The notes: generated by a model from the letters alone, not told the origin. Positions 50,422 to 63,583 are shown, counted from the whole stretch's first letter. The stretch is 63,886 nucleotides of DNA, filler included, from Rhabdomonas costata (GCA_019059605.1; 45 parts of 45 records of this genome joined end to end with filler, not necessarily neighbours in it), one strand, 5' to 3'. Numbers and translations are program-made.

Positions 50422-52959
50422 CTTTTTGTAGGGTACGGGGTGCATAGGAGCGTGGGGAGCTCATAACCCGCTGGCTGATGCGGAGCTGATGTCTTCACAC
50501 AATGCCGGGATCTTCGATGCAGGAAAAGGCGTCCCGCATGTTCCTGGCTCGGGCGTGGCCTGCTGTTCTAATTTGGTGGGCTAATTTGGTGGGATGATTC
50601 GGCTGGCGTGGGGGCGAGCGCTCGTTTGGAGCATTTCGGTGTTGTTGCATCGTGACCACTTGAAACCTTACACGTTTTGTTTACAAATATGTCTGCCGGG
50701 TCACGTACCCGGTCCCATGTGAGATATCAGGAAGGTGATCTGGATAGGAGACCTGTGTGGAGCCTTTCCCGGGCGACCATTGTCCGAGGGCTTTTCGATC
50801 CTAAGGCACAGTCCCACCCCCCTGAAATTCCTTCTTATACCTTCCCTTGCTCGCTTATGACTATTGATTGTTATCGATTATTTGACACAAAACAACTACG
50901 CTCATTAAATGCTCAAAGCCGAAATAATGTTCAAAAAAAACAAGTGGGAAAAAGGCATCTTTGCGCTTAAATAGCATCTGCGTCTTCAATTTCGCCAGCC
51001 TCTCCTTATCCCTCCAAAGGTCAACGTCAACGTTGATATTGGTCTGCGGTATGCAACATTGAGAACACACACCCCAACCACACCCAACACNNNNNNNNNN
51101 NNNNNNNNNNNNNNNNNNNNNNNNNNNNNNNNNNTTAATTAATTAANNNNNNNNNNNNNNNNNNNNNNNNNNNNNNNNNNNNNNNNNNNNAGCATGGCAA
51201 CGGAACTCACCTTGCCACGGTGTGAATTACAGCAAGTCAAAGCGAAACGTTTCAGTTCGACGGAGACAGCATGTCTTTCCAGTGCATGGAGGCACCGTGG
51301 GCTAGGAGGTGAGAAGCTGACCACCGTGCTCGGCAAAGCTGCGGATCAGGTGGTGGGACAGAGTGTGAGGTCCAGGAACCCTTAGCGTGGTAGGGGACGA
51401 TGAAACGGCCTCCGCAACCTAAAAGATTATAAATTTGCAAAAAAGAAAAACAGCTCGCTCAGAATAAACCACCTTCAATCCAAAAGGGAACAGGACCTGC
51501 GACTCCTATGATAAATCCGAAGTGTCCAATTCAATTCCATCCAACACGGCCCACTTTGTGTCATTCGACGGGGGCATCAAAATGGGTACATAGGAGACAT
51601 AAAAATCAGCTTTAAATCGGTCTACTGGGAAGATCAGTAAAAATTATAGACATAATGAGCACTCAGACATTGAGCACACACCTCAGTTCGAGTAAACCAT
51701 CGAACGTCCTCCATCTCCTCAGGGTCAACCACGATATCCTCGGTCATTGCCCTCCCAGCGCATCCTGAATTGCAAATGCAAAGCGGGTGTTCTAAAAACG
51801 GCAGACAGTACTTGCGAGGTGAGAGGGAGACCGGATACGTATTGGACTAACCAAGCGTTGAAACGCAAAGCCACAAACATTTGACTTAACAACAGGGGTT
51901 CGCGACTGCTTGCTTGGCCCGCGCCACTTTTCGGGGTTTTTTGGGACCCTTGCTGCACAAACTCGCTGGGTGCCGGTCATTGCACCCTTGGCCGGTATCT
52001 GCATGCCTGCGGTTGGGTAGCTCGCTGGTCTTTTCGCGCACCAGTGTAGTATTAGGGTGTATTCCAACGACCAAATAACCAAAGATTCGTGTGCTCTGCG
52101 CGGTGAAAGCCAAATGTGCTGCATGGGCCGGATCAGCCCAGGACAGGAAAAAGGCAACAGGGAGAGAGGCAAGGAAAGGAGAAGGGAAGGGAACGTGTGA
52201 GATTCGGGCGAGCTCATGGAAACAGCAGAATCACATTTTTCTTCCATCGGATGGACAGCCGACGGATAAATATAAGACCCGCGATTTTCGTTATCACCCC
52301 ATATTCACCCCATATTCACCCACACATTGTTTGCAAACCGATATTAAGAGGAACTGGAATGGAAACTTGCAATGCTGTGGACCAGTTCACAGGACCAACC
52401 AAAACTTCTTGCAAAAAAGAGAAAATCACACGAACAATGTCGTACAGATCCTCCGCCTCCAATAACTATGATCTTCTCAAGGGGCGCGAACGCACTCCAT
52501 AACGACGCACNNNNNNNNNNNNNNNNNNNNNNNNNNNNNNNNNNNNNNNNNNNNTTAATTAATTAANNNNNNNNNNNNNNNNNNNNNNNNNNNNNNNNNN
52601 NNNNNNNNNNCTGTTGAAGTGAGGAAGGGTGGAAGGGAGTGAAGAGGAGCGTACCACCTTATGGTGGGAAGCGACGATGAGCCTCTAGCCCTCCGGGGGG
52701 TTTCTTGCTGTCGTCATGATGCTCAGTGCCTTCGCATCATTCCTCCTAGATGCAGTGGTTCATGCATTCCACCGCCCTAAGGCGCTTCCATGCATTCACC
52801 TAATACATGTAAGGGTAGATGCTGATACCCCATGCCCATTCACTGCGTTCATGGTCATGGGGCCCCCGAGATGTCTTTGCTGGTCGTGATGCCTCCCTCC
52901 GGTCGTCATCACTCCCTAGAAGTGATGCTGAGGTCTCTCCACCGCCCTAAGGTGCTTTC

Positions 52960-53604
52960 ACTCCCTCGATGCCTTCACCACGGGGTGACATCCCGGGAAT
53001 GCCATCGCCTGGAGGAGGTCATGTATGACCGCACCGAAGAGGGCTGGTGCCCAACAGTCACCTTGCTGAACTCCAGTTGCGCAGGGGATGGGCGGTTTAT
53101 TTAGTTTGGCTGTTAACTTGGGCTATATTTCAGTTCTTTTTGGCAATACGTTGTTTATAATGTCCGCCACCTTCAGGGGACAATATTCCGTCCCAGAAAA
53201 CGCAGCTTGGTTCCACGAGGCACCAGGAAGCCGAGTGATACAAAAGAGCACCACAGAAAAAAAGGTGGTAAGCCCTGGGGAGTGGTGATGGACCTGCAGA
53301 CAGCACTTGACGATCACAGATCCGCTACCCAGCTTCGAACCGTCATCATTGCTGCTTGCGACCATGGACCTTTTCCTCCAACGGCGATGAGGGCTCGGAG
53401 CACCTCAGAGCAACCACAATCCTTCCGGACGGGCTCTAGACGGCCACCGCAGAGGTAGGGCTGCAGGCTGCCTGCCAGGACGTTGTTGGCGAGAGTTGTA
53501 AGGGCGTTCAGCAGGTCGTCCTCGACTGACATCTTGTCCTCCATGTTGGCACGGAGGTGTTCTGTGCGGAGTCCGGAAGGGCCGGGGGCTTGGTTTGTCA
53601 TCAA
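52960..53604 (-). mobile_element. Decayed CRE-clade-like non-LTR retrotransposon, reverse transcriptase
   Basis: APGPSGLRTEHL...LLNALTTLANNVLAG...LCGGRLEPVRK...EVLRAL, then PIPCATGVQQGDCWAPALF (RT motif GVQQGDPLxPxLF) at about 53030-53095; deletions and an apparent insertion. Confidence 0.75.
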
Positions 53605-54032
53605 GCCCCCCTCTTTAATAAAATTTTCCCTTTAAAAAATTGTAGCGATCGCCAAACTTATAACTATTATAGCGATGCTAGAATAATTCAATGTTCATGG
53701 TGATCGCAACGCTGAAATTTTCCTGAATTTTTTTCAATTTATAAAATTTTTGTAGGTTCAAAATTTTTTCATCGGTGCAATAAAATTTTTTGGCAGTGCA
53801 AAAAGAATGTGCTGCCGGAACACGAGCACCGCCCCCTAACCCCCTGCGAGACCAAATAACCTCACCTCGGGGAACCTTTTCGGAGACTGCAGTGCATTAG
53901 CACCTGGGACATCCCGGAGAAGCAAAAAAAACNNNNNNNNNNNNNNNNNNNNNNNNNNNNNNNNNNNNNNNNNNNNTTAATTAATTAANNNNNNNNNNNN
54001 NNNNNNNNNNNNNNNNNNNNNNNNNNNNNNNN

Positions 54033-55239
54033 ACGCTCACGGTCACGCTCACGGTCGCGGTGGGAGTGGTGGTTCCGCCCACGGGAGGGCTGACGTACAG
54101 TCTGAGGTACCTGTAACGTAGATGAGCAACAGCCGATTTGTTTTCCAGTGGTGACCTGAGGTGAGCGATTGTTTTCAAGTGGTGACGATGAGAGAACGCT
54201 GCTCAAACACACCGGTAAAAGGAAGACACTGCGGACACAGGCTGGAATGCAAGCAATTCTGTGGAAGGCAAAATTGGGAGCAAAGAATTATGCAAGACAC
54301 ATGTTTGGCACTTTTCTGGACTCGTAAAATGGAATTCTATGTAGGGCCACGAAGGGGAATAGTCGGGGAAATAGTCGCTGGGCTTTGGCGGACGAGTGGG
54401 TAAGTTGAATTCGCGGGGTGGGGGCGGGTGGCAGAGTTAGGTTGTTCAAAGGTGTGGACACTGGACCATTAGCGCTGAACGACCGAACAGAGGGAGGTTA
54501 TTTTTCGGCACTGGAATTTGGTAAACTGTGTCAGCGACTCCCCACTTGGATTTCTGCTGGCAAAAGAGCTGGCAAAAAAAAGCGTGCTGTGCTTGTGCCC
54601 CCGTGGATAGATATAAAATAAGGGGGATTAGAAGGGTGGGACACCTTTATAGAGGGCAAAGCCGAAGCTGGCGTGGGGTCTTTGGGGGGATTAGAAATAC
54701 CCCTTTTAGGGAGAAGTATAAAAAAAGCATAAAAATGATATAAAAAAAGGGAATTCGTAAAAAACAACCCGCATGGGGTTTTTATTGGTTTGGACAGCTG
54801 CGGGCTACAGTCGAGCAAATGGATTCCTTGAGAAGACAAGAGACAAGACAACACGTCGATCACACCACACAGCCAGATAAACGCGTTCGAGTGGGTTCCG
54901 CTCAGCCTGGTCTCAGCGCACGCAGGTTGAAGCAATGTATCCGACGAAGAAAGCAACCCAACCCTAACCCATAATCACAACGAAATCAACGAAAGGAGAG
55001 GAGAGAAAAAACGAAAGGAGGGGGATGGGTCAAAAAGATAAAAGAAACGTAAAAAGAAAAAAAAACGAACGTTGATGTAGAGCTCCACAGTGCCCCGAGC
55101 CAGCCTGCCGTCCAGCGCGAGCAGCTCCTGAGTGGCATTCGCCGCGGTCTCCACAGCCTGAACCAAGCTCTGCACAGTCTGCACCACGGCGTCGGGCTGA
55201 AGGGCGAGCTGCGCCGTCTGCTCCAAGGCTTGCATGACC
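54033..55239 (-). CDS. Hypothetical protein exons with a Thr/Val/Ser-rich repeat
   Basis: Exon 55239-55071 (VMQALEQTAQLALQPDAVVQTVQSLVQAVETAANATQELL...ELYIN|GT) and exon from about 54110 (YLRLYVSPPVGGTTTPTATVSVTVS). Confidence 0.45.
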
Positions 55240-56082
55240 CTGAAGGCACCACATCGTAGCAACTACTTTTTAATTTGGCAGGCCTAAAAACTAGCCGACA
55301 AGAATTCGACGGAATCGTGGCAGATGCTGACAGAGCACCGCAAGCCACAAAACCNNNNNNNNNNNNNNNNNNNNNNNNNNNNNNNNNNNNNNNNNNNNTT
55401 AATTAATTAANNNNNNNNNNNNNNNNNNNNNNNNNNNNNNNNNNNNNNNNNNNNTTTTTGGGGTAAAGTGCTGGGATGACCTGTGACGAAGGAAAATAAG
55501 ATGATATTGTGGGAAATTCCCTCCCCGTTTTGCGCTTTGCGGAGGCATTGTCCCACAATATCATCTTATTTTCCTTCGTCACAGGTCATCCCAGCACTTT
55601 ATCCCAAAAGAAACGTAAAACCATTGCTCGCCATCCACTCAAATTTATGCCCACAGTTCCCGAGAGTGGCAGTTCACAACAACTAAAATCCTCCATTTCA
55701 TCTCACACCGATTACCGATTGCAACTGTCAACAATTTTTCCATTTGCAGTATATATATTGGTGAAGGGCCCCCCAGGTCACGTTTTCGGCCACGGCCCGC
55801 TTCGGCCGCGCCGTGTCGCTGACCTTTGCACCTAAACAAATGCTGACATACTTGTCCTACAACCCGACGTTCGGCTAGACCTTAGCCACCACCGGATTTG
55901 ACGTGCAAAACTACGAATACTCATCCGGGGCACATTCTTACATCAAAATAAAGTAATCCCCCCCCCAAGCCAGTCGGGCCCAAACGAGAGAAAAGAGCAA
56001 GACCTCGAGAAAGAGCCCTCGGGAACCCTACCCTCCACAACCCGACACTTTGATTTCGACAGAGCATTCAGTGCAGAGCAAC

Positions 56083-56349
56083 CTCCCCACTGTAGGCCAC
56101 CGCCTCGACGCTCAGCCGATCAAACACCGACAGAAAGTACAAGGAGTCCCGCAGGACCACCTTCACAGCCAAAGTGCACGAGTGCGACAGGGCCCCAGCA
56201 CCCGCGCCAGCTTCACTCCAAGACGGCATGGCGCCATTCGGGGCCTGCAAGAAGCGGGCACTGCTGGGTGGAAGCCCCGGCAGGGGGCCCGAAAGGAGTG
56301 CGGTAACTGAGGTCGAGTTAGAGCAACCACCCTCCATCGACACAGTGAC
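56083..56349 (-). CDS. Hypothetical protein, 267-nt internal exon
   Basis: CTCTCAG|VTVSMEGGCSNSTS...CTLAVKVVLRDSLYFLSVFDRLSVEAVAYSGE|GTTGCT, phase 0 at both ends. Confidence 0.5.
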
Positions 56350-56876
56350 CTGAGAGGGGGAGGGGGTAAACCGCGCGCAGCGGTAATAGGGCATTTGGTG
56401 TGCCCGCGAAAAGTTGCATGGGGTGTCATCGCGATTGTATGTAATGCCCCGAAGCCCTGAAAATGAGAAATTTGACTTCAACTTTCCGAACTGAAACCCC
56501 CCAACCAACCCGATTATCACGCCCTTGGTCTCAGGTTGAAGAACCCCACGTTTACGGTGGAGGGTAACATGTAGAATACCTTGGGTTCCTAGACAACGCC
56601 TCACACTCTGAGCACACTCACACCCACTCACCCACACACGGAATCACATAAAATTTCAAACGGAATTTCTTCGTGGTTCTCTCTTTCCGTTCATTCTGAT
56701 CCAAGGGAACCTGTTTTCCTTTAGAGCAGTTCGGTTGGTCGCTCTTGTCCGCAGTGGGTATGAGCGACCACCCAACNNNNNNNNNNNNNNNNNNNNNNNN
56801 NNNNNNNNNNNNNNNNNNNNTTAATTAATTAANNNNNNNNNNNNNNNNNNNNNNNNNNNNNNNNNNNNNNNNNNNN

Positions 56877-57880
56877 CGAGGGACCTGCCCCTGCTCGGTG
56901 TGAGAGACCGAGGTGAAGGTCTGCTCCAGCTTGTCCGCCAGCTGGGTGTCTGCCGAAAGCATAATCGTGGTCGACATTCGGGCTCCGTTTGGATCCATTG
57001 TTCGAACTTTTTCTTGAGGAAGCTCTCTCTTTGGATTTCTGGCAGGGAGCGTTCAAACAAAATGAGCTGCGGAAGTGGGAACGTAAAATAGCGTCACGAA
57101 AGCGCAGCCCCACTTCTGTAAAGCTCCCTTCAATAAAGGCCTCCCTGATCGAAGGGAAAACCCAGCACCAGAAGGACAGCCAAACTAACGGCTCTCTGAA
57201 GTGCCGTCCTGGGAACCTGAGCCTACCAAATTGTATACCGATGCCACAAAACCGGTTGTTGCCGTGGTGTTAGTGCGGCGCTGTAAGTTTTTGACAAGAT
57301 ACGGTGGGTTTCAGGCCGCAGCACTTGCAGGGCTTTCCATCGAGGCCGCATTTTTATATTGGCTCTTGCTTGCTAATCGAAAGTACAATCCTCAGCTTGC
57401 GGAAGCTGAGCCGAGTGTTTGTAGGTCCATGAAATGCAGTGGAGAGGGTTGTGGCGTAATTTCCGAGAAAGCACAGTCACCAGAATTGTGCTTGGGATCC
57501 AATGAGAGGCGGGGACATTCCACGAAGATAATCGTCGCAGACGTGGATAGCTCCACATTATCCAACGGTAGCGAACACACCTGCAAGGAAACCACATAAC
57601 CCTCCGTCTCATCCAAATCCAAGGTGGGAATCTCGTGAAAGGATGCCCGTGAGAGGATACCCCTCCCGGGGGGACGGTGAGATAGAGAGGTAGCCCAGCA
57701 CGAGCTCAAGCCCCCACCCTCAGTGACTCTCATACTTCGGGCACATCTCTCCACAAAGGCACGCCACCAAAGCTCCAGGGCCTTCGCCGTCTGCGCGCAC
57801 CACGACGCGGACTCCACCACGCTGGCCAGGTTCACGCCGTACAGCTCGGCCAGCGCAAGGGCGAGCTGGAACTGACGCTC
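56877..57880 (-). CDS. Hypothetical alpha-helical protein exons
   Basis: CAG|ERQFQLALALAELYGVNLASVVESASWCAQTAKALELW from 57880; second exon from about 56949 (TQLADKLEQTFTSVSHTEQGQV). Family not established. Confidence 0.4.
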
Positions 57881-59720
57881 CTGCGCGGACAGCCGCAGAC
57901 AAACTATCCGGACTTCGAGGGTTCCCGTGGAACGGTCAGGCCCGGGACGCTGTGCGGGAGGTACCCTGTGATGCTCAGTACGCAGGACCAAAATTTCGAG
58001 GCAAGAAGGCTAAAAAAGGAGCCCGTGACAGGCAAAAATGACCCTATAAACCTCCTTACGCAGCTTTAAATAGAAGAGTTCAGGCCCACTCCGGCGCCAG
58101 TATGAAGCACTCCTGGGCCTACCCTTTGGCTTGCAAAACAGGCCCAGGGTCAGTTTGCCGGAAAATGGAAAAAGTACTCCCAGAAAAAGTACTCCCACNN
58201 NNNNNNNNNNNNNNNNNNNNNNNNNNNNNNNNNNNNNNNNNNTTAATTAATTAANNNNNNNNNNNNNNNNNNNNNNNNNNNNNNNNNNNNNNNNNNNNGT
58301 TGTGGTGGAAAAAGCGCGTCTCATTCGGGTGAAAAACGCAACTGCGAAGCCGTTGCTTCTGCGGGTGCCTGTGGGTTGCCCACGCGGTCTGGTTTATCAA
58401 AACATAGCCGACCGCCTGACACGAAAGAAACAGAAGCCACTCAATTGCCCGGCCGAGCTGATTTGAACAGCATCGCGCTTTTACACAAGCGAAAAAAATC
58501 AACGCGATCAAAACGGCACATCCCAGCTACGCGGCAGACCTGGCTTCGGGAGTTCCCAGGGGGCGAGACCAGAAAACTCTGCGCCTGAAAATGAAGAGGA
58601 GCGCGAACATTAACAAACTGCAGAACGATAGCCAGGCACTAGAGCAAGTCCGGTGGCATCCGAAGAAAATACTTTCACCTAAGCGCTCAGATCGGCGCTG
58701 CGGTTCGGCGCAGTGAGTACTCCACAGGAAACGTGTAACACCCGCAACAACCTGCACTGTTCAATTATGTTGCTCTAAGAGTTGGAGGTGGAGGTGGAGG
58801 TGGTGGAGGTGGAGAGGGTATGTTTCTGTTCACCAATAGCAATCGCGACGGAAACGCAGGTTTTGAGGACTTATCTTCCAACATCCACCCTCACCTCACC
58901 ACCAACGAACAACCCAGTTTGCCAGAAAAAAAGAAGGGCGGGAATAGCCAAAGAAATTCGGGGCAGAGCGGGGCAAACCATGCTCGGGGGCTCAACACAA
59001 ATGGAGCCTGGGAAGCCCTGTGATGAAAAGGAGGGGAGGCGCCCAAGCCGTGGGCCAGACCAAAAGGGCCCGAGAGGAAAGGAGGCGCGCATCCAAAGAG
59101 CAGGGGCGCTTCACAAGAAGTCGAGGGGAGAAGTTGAGGGGAGAAGTTGAGGGATCCGTTTCTGTCTACGTTTTAAACAACTTGGAAAACTTGGATGGGT
59201 GCGGAAGTGAGATCAAGAACAACCTGGCTCAACAGATCAGCGGTAAGCGGACTCTGGATGCCCTGCAAGAAGCAGCACAAGAAGAAACCCAACCCAACCC
59301 AACCCACAGTATTACGCTGGAAAACGAGAGCACTTCGCCAACGCAACAGACAGAATTAGGCAGGCAGGGGACAAGAGCCTATTGAAGCAGGGAAGCAGAG
59401 GAAATCGCTGAAGCCCTTCCAAGACCGAGCTGCTCTGTCACGAGTTGAAAAAACCGACGCAGAAAAACAAAAGAGCGCAATACATCAACTACCGTCTCGT
59501 CCGTCAAATGCAGGAGCATTTGGTGCAGCGCAAGTGCTTCTTCACGCCAGATCTGCACGCCCCACCCCACCCCCGTCTTCGTGCCCACATCTCACCCCGA
59601 CATTTTCACGTTACAAAACTNNNNNNNNNNNNNNNNNNNNNNNNNNNNNNNNNNNNNNNNNNNNTTAATTAATTAANNNNNNNNNNNNNNNNNNNNNNNN
59701 NNNNNNNNNNNNNNNNNNNN

Positions 59721-60535
59721 TCCTCCAAGATCCGGCTCAACTGCAAGAAAATTCTGGGTCATGGAACCTGGGGCACGGTGTTTGTTGGGCTGAACGAAGC
59801 CACAAGGGAGCTGATCGCAGTGAAAGAGGTGCGGAATACCTTTATTTCAATCAGTTTTGCCTTTTGGATTAAAGTCAGTGCTCATAGCGCATCGCCCGGG
59901 TGGCTTGAGGGTGGATCAGCTTTGGCTTTGAGCTACAGGGCTGTTATATGTGTGCATATGTGTGCTTTGAGGGCCGTGTTGAAACAAGCCGTGCTGTTTT
60001 GGTCACGAGCAACGGCTTGCTTTATATTCCTCATTTATTTCTGAATCCTCACTGGAGAAAGGAAGACCCCCTGGCGGAGAGCAGATCGTTGGATCGCGTT
60101 GGGATTCGCCTGGGGTTCTCACACTTTGCTTGTCAGGTCATCTTCAGCACCAAGGAAGAAGTGGAGCAATCTGCTCGGGAGATCCGCATTCTGAAAAACA
60201 TGGACCACCCCAACATTGTCAAGGTATTGCGGGAGAAAAACGACTTGCGGCCGCGCCCGCGTGGCGCCTCAGCTCATGTCCAGCCCGCAAGTCTATAGTT
60301 ACTTCCATCCGCCCCCGCCCCTTTTTTACAGTATCTCGGTGCGGAGCGTGACGGCAACACCCTGAAGATCTACATGGAGTACATTGATGGGGGCTCCCTT
60401 GCGGGGCTGATCAAGAACTTTGGGGTGCTTTCAGAGGTTATGGCGCAAGGGTACTGCCTTCAGGTTCTGGATGGGCTGGCCTACCTGCACAGCAGGAACA
60501 TTGCGCACCGGGACATCAAGTGCGACAACCTTTTG
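59721..60535 (+). CDS. STE11/MAP3K-like protein kinase, 3 exons
   Basis: Exons 59721-59828 (ILGHGTWGTVFVGLNEATRELIAVKE), 60137-60223 (EIRILKNMDHPNIVK) and 60332-60535 (YLGAERDGNTLKIYMEYIDGGSL...YLHSRNIAHRDIKCDNLL); all phase-0 GT-AG. Confidence 0.93.
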
Positions 60536-61973
60536 GTGTGCTCCCAGTTTGGGCCTCTTGCTCTCGCTCTCTGTGCATCCATCGCGTGGACACACACACA
60601 TACACACAGACCCCACAAGGATATAGCGGTGCAATTCAACCTAGGAACGCGCGCAGACGAGCCCTGACGACTACTGCGGGAACCCGAAGGACCCGGGCAC
60701 TACAACGAAATCATGCGCAGATTGCGGATGCGGCAGAAGAGGACGTCGGCTGCGGTAATGGGACAAGTGAGGGTCCAGGATCTTCCTCAGAAACGCAAAA
60801 CATTGACCGCACTCCGGAGAGCCCACCCGTGGAAGAGAAGTAGGGTATGCTTCTACCAACGGGAATCGACAGTAGCCGCAGACGCACCAGGGCAAATAGT
60901 CAATGAGGCAAGGTTGAGGAGATTCAGCGGAAGTTCAACCATGAGTGATCTGGCATGACAACGCCTGCAGATACCGGTGTTGCCCATTCACCCATCCAAA
61001 AGAAAAGCTCAAAGGGACGTTTCCGAAAAGGCACCCCCACCCNNNNNNNNNNNNNNNNNNNNNNNNNNNNNNNNNNNNNNNNNNNNTTAATTAATTAANN
61101 NNNNNNNNNNNNNNNNNNNNNNNNNNNNNNNNNNNNNNNNNNGGGTTTTTGTTTTTGGCGTTACACCTGTTGTCGGTTATGATCTCATTTTCCTGCCCGT
61201 GGATACCACCATTGTTGCTTCCCCTCCCCAGTGCCTCCTTCCTACTTTTTTCTTCCTGATCGCACACAAACTTTTTCAACTGCTACTTTTCCAGTACATT
61301 ATTACCTTTCCCTCGTCCAAAATGTGAACGTTACTACTGTGATGGAGGTAACTGTCTTTTTGTATACTTAGAATGGATGATCCTCTAAAAGTGAGCTAGT
61401 GGCAGACACACCACGTAATCCTTGTAGTGCGCAGCCCAAGAAGACTCCAACTTCGCCACCACAGCGGCAGCATACACGAGATTTCCGAACTGCACGCCGT
61501 AGGCTGAGAGATCCAGCATGGGCAGCAATGATCCAATGCACACCACATCTCCATTCTGCAATGCGTATGTAAACTCTCTCTTTCCGTAAAAGCACGAGGT
61601 TCTGAAAACGGGAGAGCATCACAGCTGATACGCACCCCTCCGTTTTACACTGTATTTAGCCGGGATTTTCTAATATTTGGATAAAGTGCAGGTCAATGAA
61701 CACCAGCACCAGCAAGGCGATGCGTGGAGGGTGTGGTGTGGCGTGGTACGGCGTGCGTGAGTGCAATAACCTGTATGGTGCATCAAACCAGGGCTGGGAA
61801 AAAATGAAAAAAAAATGGGCGAGAACAAAAATGCGATGCAAAAAAAAAATGCAAATTTTGCAGGTTGCACTTTTTTCCAGCCCGGACCAAACCTCCCAGG
61901 GAGGACTGCATTTGTGTAAGTGTGGGTGATCCTCCATTTCCTAGCCTCAGTGAGAGTGTTTGTGCAGCGAAAC

Positions 61974-62220
61974 CATAGAAGAACGTGTTGCCGAACTCCG
62001 CAAAGGGGTCGGCCACGGCGGGACACTCGGAGCGCTGCGGGCGGTTGATGCACCGCCCCGCGTAGCGGTTGTAGGTGCACCCGCACGCCACCATTCCTCC
62101 CCATGTTGCGTCGTACACCAGGGCGTTGCCTCGGGTGCTGGGCATCAGCCACCTCGTGGTGTACTGCTTCAGAGTGGACAGCAGTGAGGCACTCACAGAG
62201 GTTTCCTTCAGCTCATGCGC
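61974..62220 (-). CDS. GH81 endo-beta-1,3-glucanase, internal exon
   Basis: CAG|AHELKE...LVYDATWGGMVACGC...CPAVADPFAEFGNTFFY G|GT; YDxxWGG and FGN motifs preceding the GH81 DHHFH motif. Confidence 0.85.
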
Positions 62221-63397
62221 CTGAGAGACAAATCTCACCCCGCTCACTTTCAGATTCACTCCTCCTAACCCAACTCTCTGCGGTGCTTTCCCAGTGCGTG
62301 CTGAGGTAGTCGGCCCACCCCCCCCCCAAGCCCGTCTCAACTTCAAGCACAGCTGTTTTGTCAAACAAACGGGATCTATAAGTGTACACAGAAGAGAGTT
62401 CCTGAGGGCGAAACCGAAGCAGGCCAGGGGTCTTCTTTGAGATGTGCAGTGGGTCTCCCAAAAANNNNNNNNNNNNNNNNNNNNNNNNNNNNNNNNNNNN
62501 NNNNNNNNTTAATTAATTAANNNNNNNNNNNNNNNNNNNNNNNNNNNNNNNNNNNNNNNNNNNNTTTTTGGGTAGGGCCCACGGCATACCTCTGCAGCGC
62601 ACAAACAAACGAGACCAGCATAGATGGTCCTCGCCCACACATTGTTATTGTGGTCCTCGGTGAGGTACCATCTCAGCAGGCACAACCCTCAGTCATCAGT
62701 GCAAAGGCGCCACAGTCACAGAAAGTGCGTGGCCCAGGCTTCCACGATGATGTTAACTTTCGAATTGAGAGGGTCGGTGCGCGTGTGATGAAAGTGGGTC
62801 GAAATGAGTGGGTGCGTGCGGGACGAGAGCGAGGGGCGCCGACCCGTCGCGGAAGTCGGAATACAGCGACAGGTTCACAGAAAACATCCACGGGCTGGCG
62901 TTGATGATATTCACCAGAACCTTTGGAATACAGGAGCAGGACAGGAGCAGGGAAGAACCATCCTCTCTACACCTGCTTGCTTCAGTGTGCTGATGTGCGT
63001 CCTTTTCTCTTCCCTTTTCTCCCCCCTGTCCCCTCCCTCCTCTTCCCTTCTATTCCTTCCTATTGTGGATCGAGGGTAACGCAAGAACTCCACACCCACA
63101 CAACCCCCGGAAAACGGCAAAAAGGGATTTCTTCAGTAAAAACAAACCTGAGCCAGAAGCACTGTTGCGATAAGTGCCTCCCTTGCCCTCCGAGCACGTC
63201 TGTTATGACCGGGGTCCGAGCATGGCTGCTGTCGTTGTCGCCAAGCAAGGTATGTGCAGGCGCTTAAGGGCATTGGCGACCCGGGGGATTATCATGGGGA
63301 GGGCTGTTAATAACCACTTCCTGTTACAACGGTAACCGTAAGGGTAACGGTGACGGTGATTCTGACGGTATTTCTGCACTTTGAGCGGGAACGAGAC

Positions 63398-63583
63398 CTG
63401 CTGGAACTGGACCACCACGGCGGAGGTGGCGGGGGTAACCGCGGAGCCGTCGCTGGTCAGCACCCCGCTGGAGTTCAGGTGCCCCACCACGAGGTCCATG
63501 GCGGTCTCACCGCGGTCCACGAAGGCCTGCAGCGTGGACTGCACGCTGGTCGCCAGGGAGTCCTGCAACTGGGCGGAGACTCC
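63398..63583 (-). CDS. Hypothetical protein exon, possibly the start of an extracellular sensor domain
   Basis: TAG|GVSAQLQDSLATSVQSTLQAFVDRGETAMDLVVGHLNSSG...VVVQFQQ|GT; 186 nt, phase 0, GC3-rich. The domain call is a guess. Confidence 0.5.

Noticed and set aside
50420-51060. Possible TGA read-through or nonconventional intron upstream of the 50224-50421 exon
   Set aside because: A normal AAG acceptor explains the exon, all homology-supported exons use the standard code and GT-AG ends, and no homology anchors an alternative.
55463-55608. About 50-bp perfect inverted repeat
   Set aside because: Contig-start fold-back artefact; likewise the 18-bp inverted repeat at about 11212-11265.
1324-62564. 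Regularly spaced TTAATTAATTAA repeats resembling an array
   Set aside because: They are synthetic six-frame-stop linkers embedded in N runs; not CRISPR or any biological repeat.
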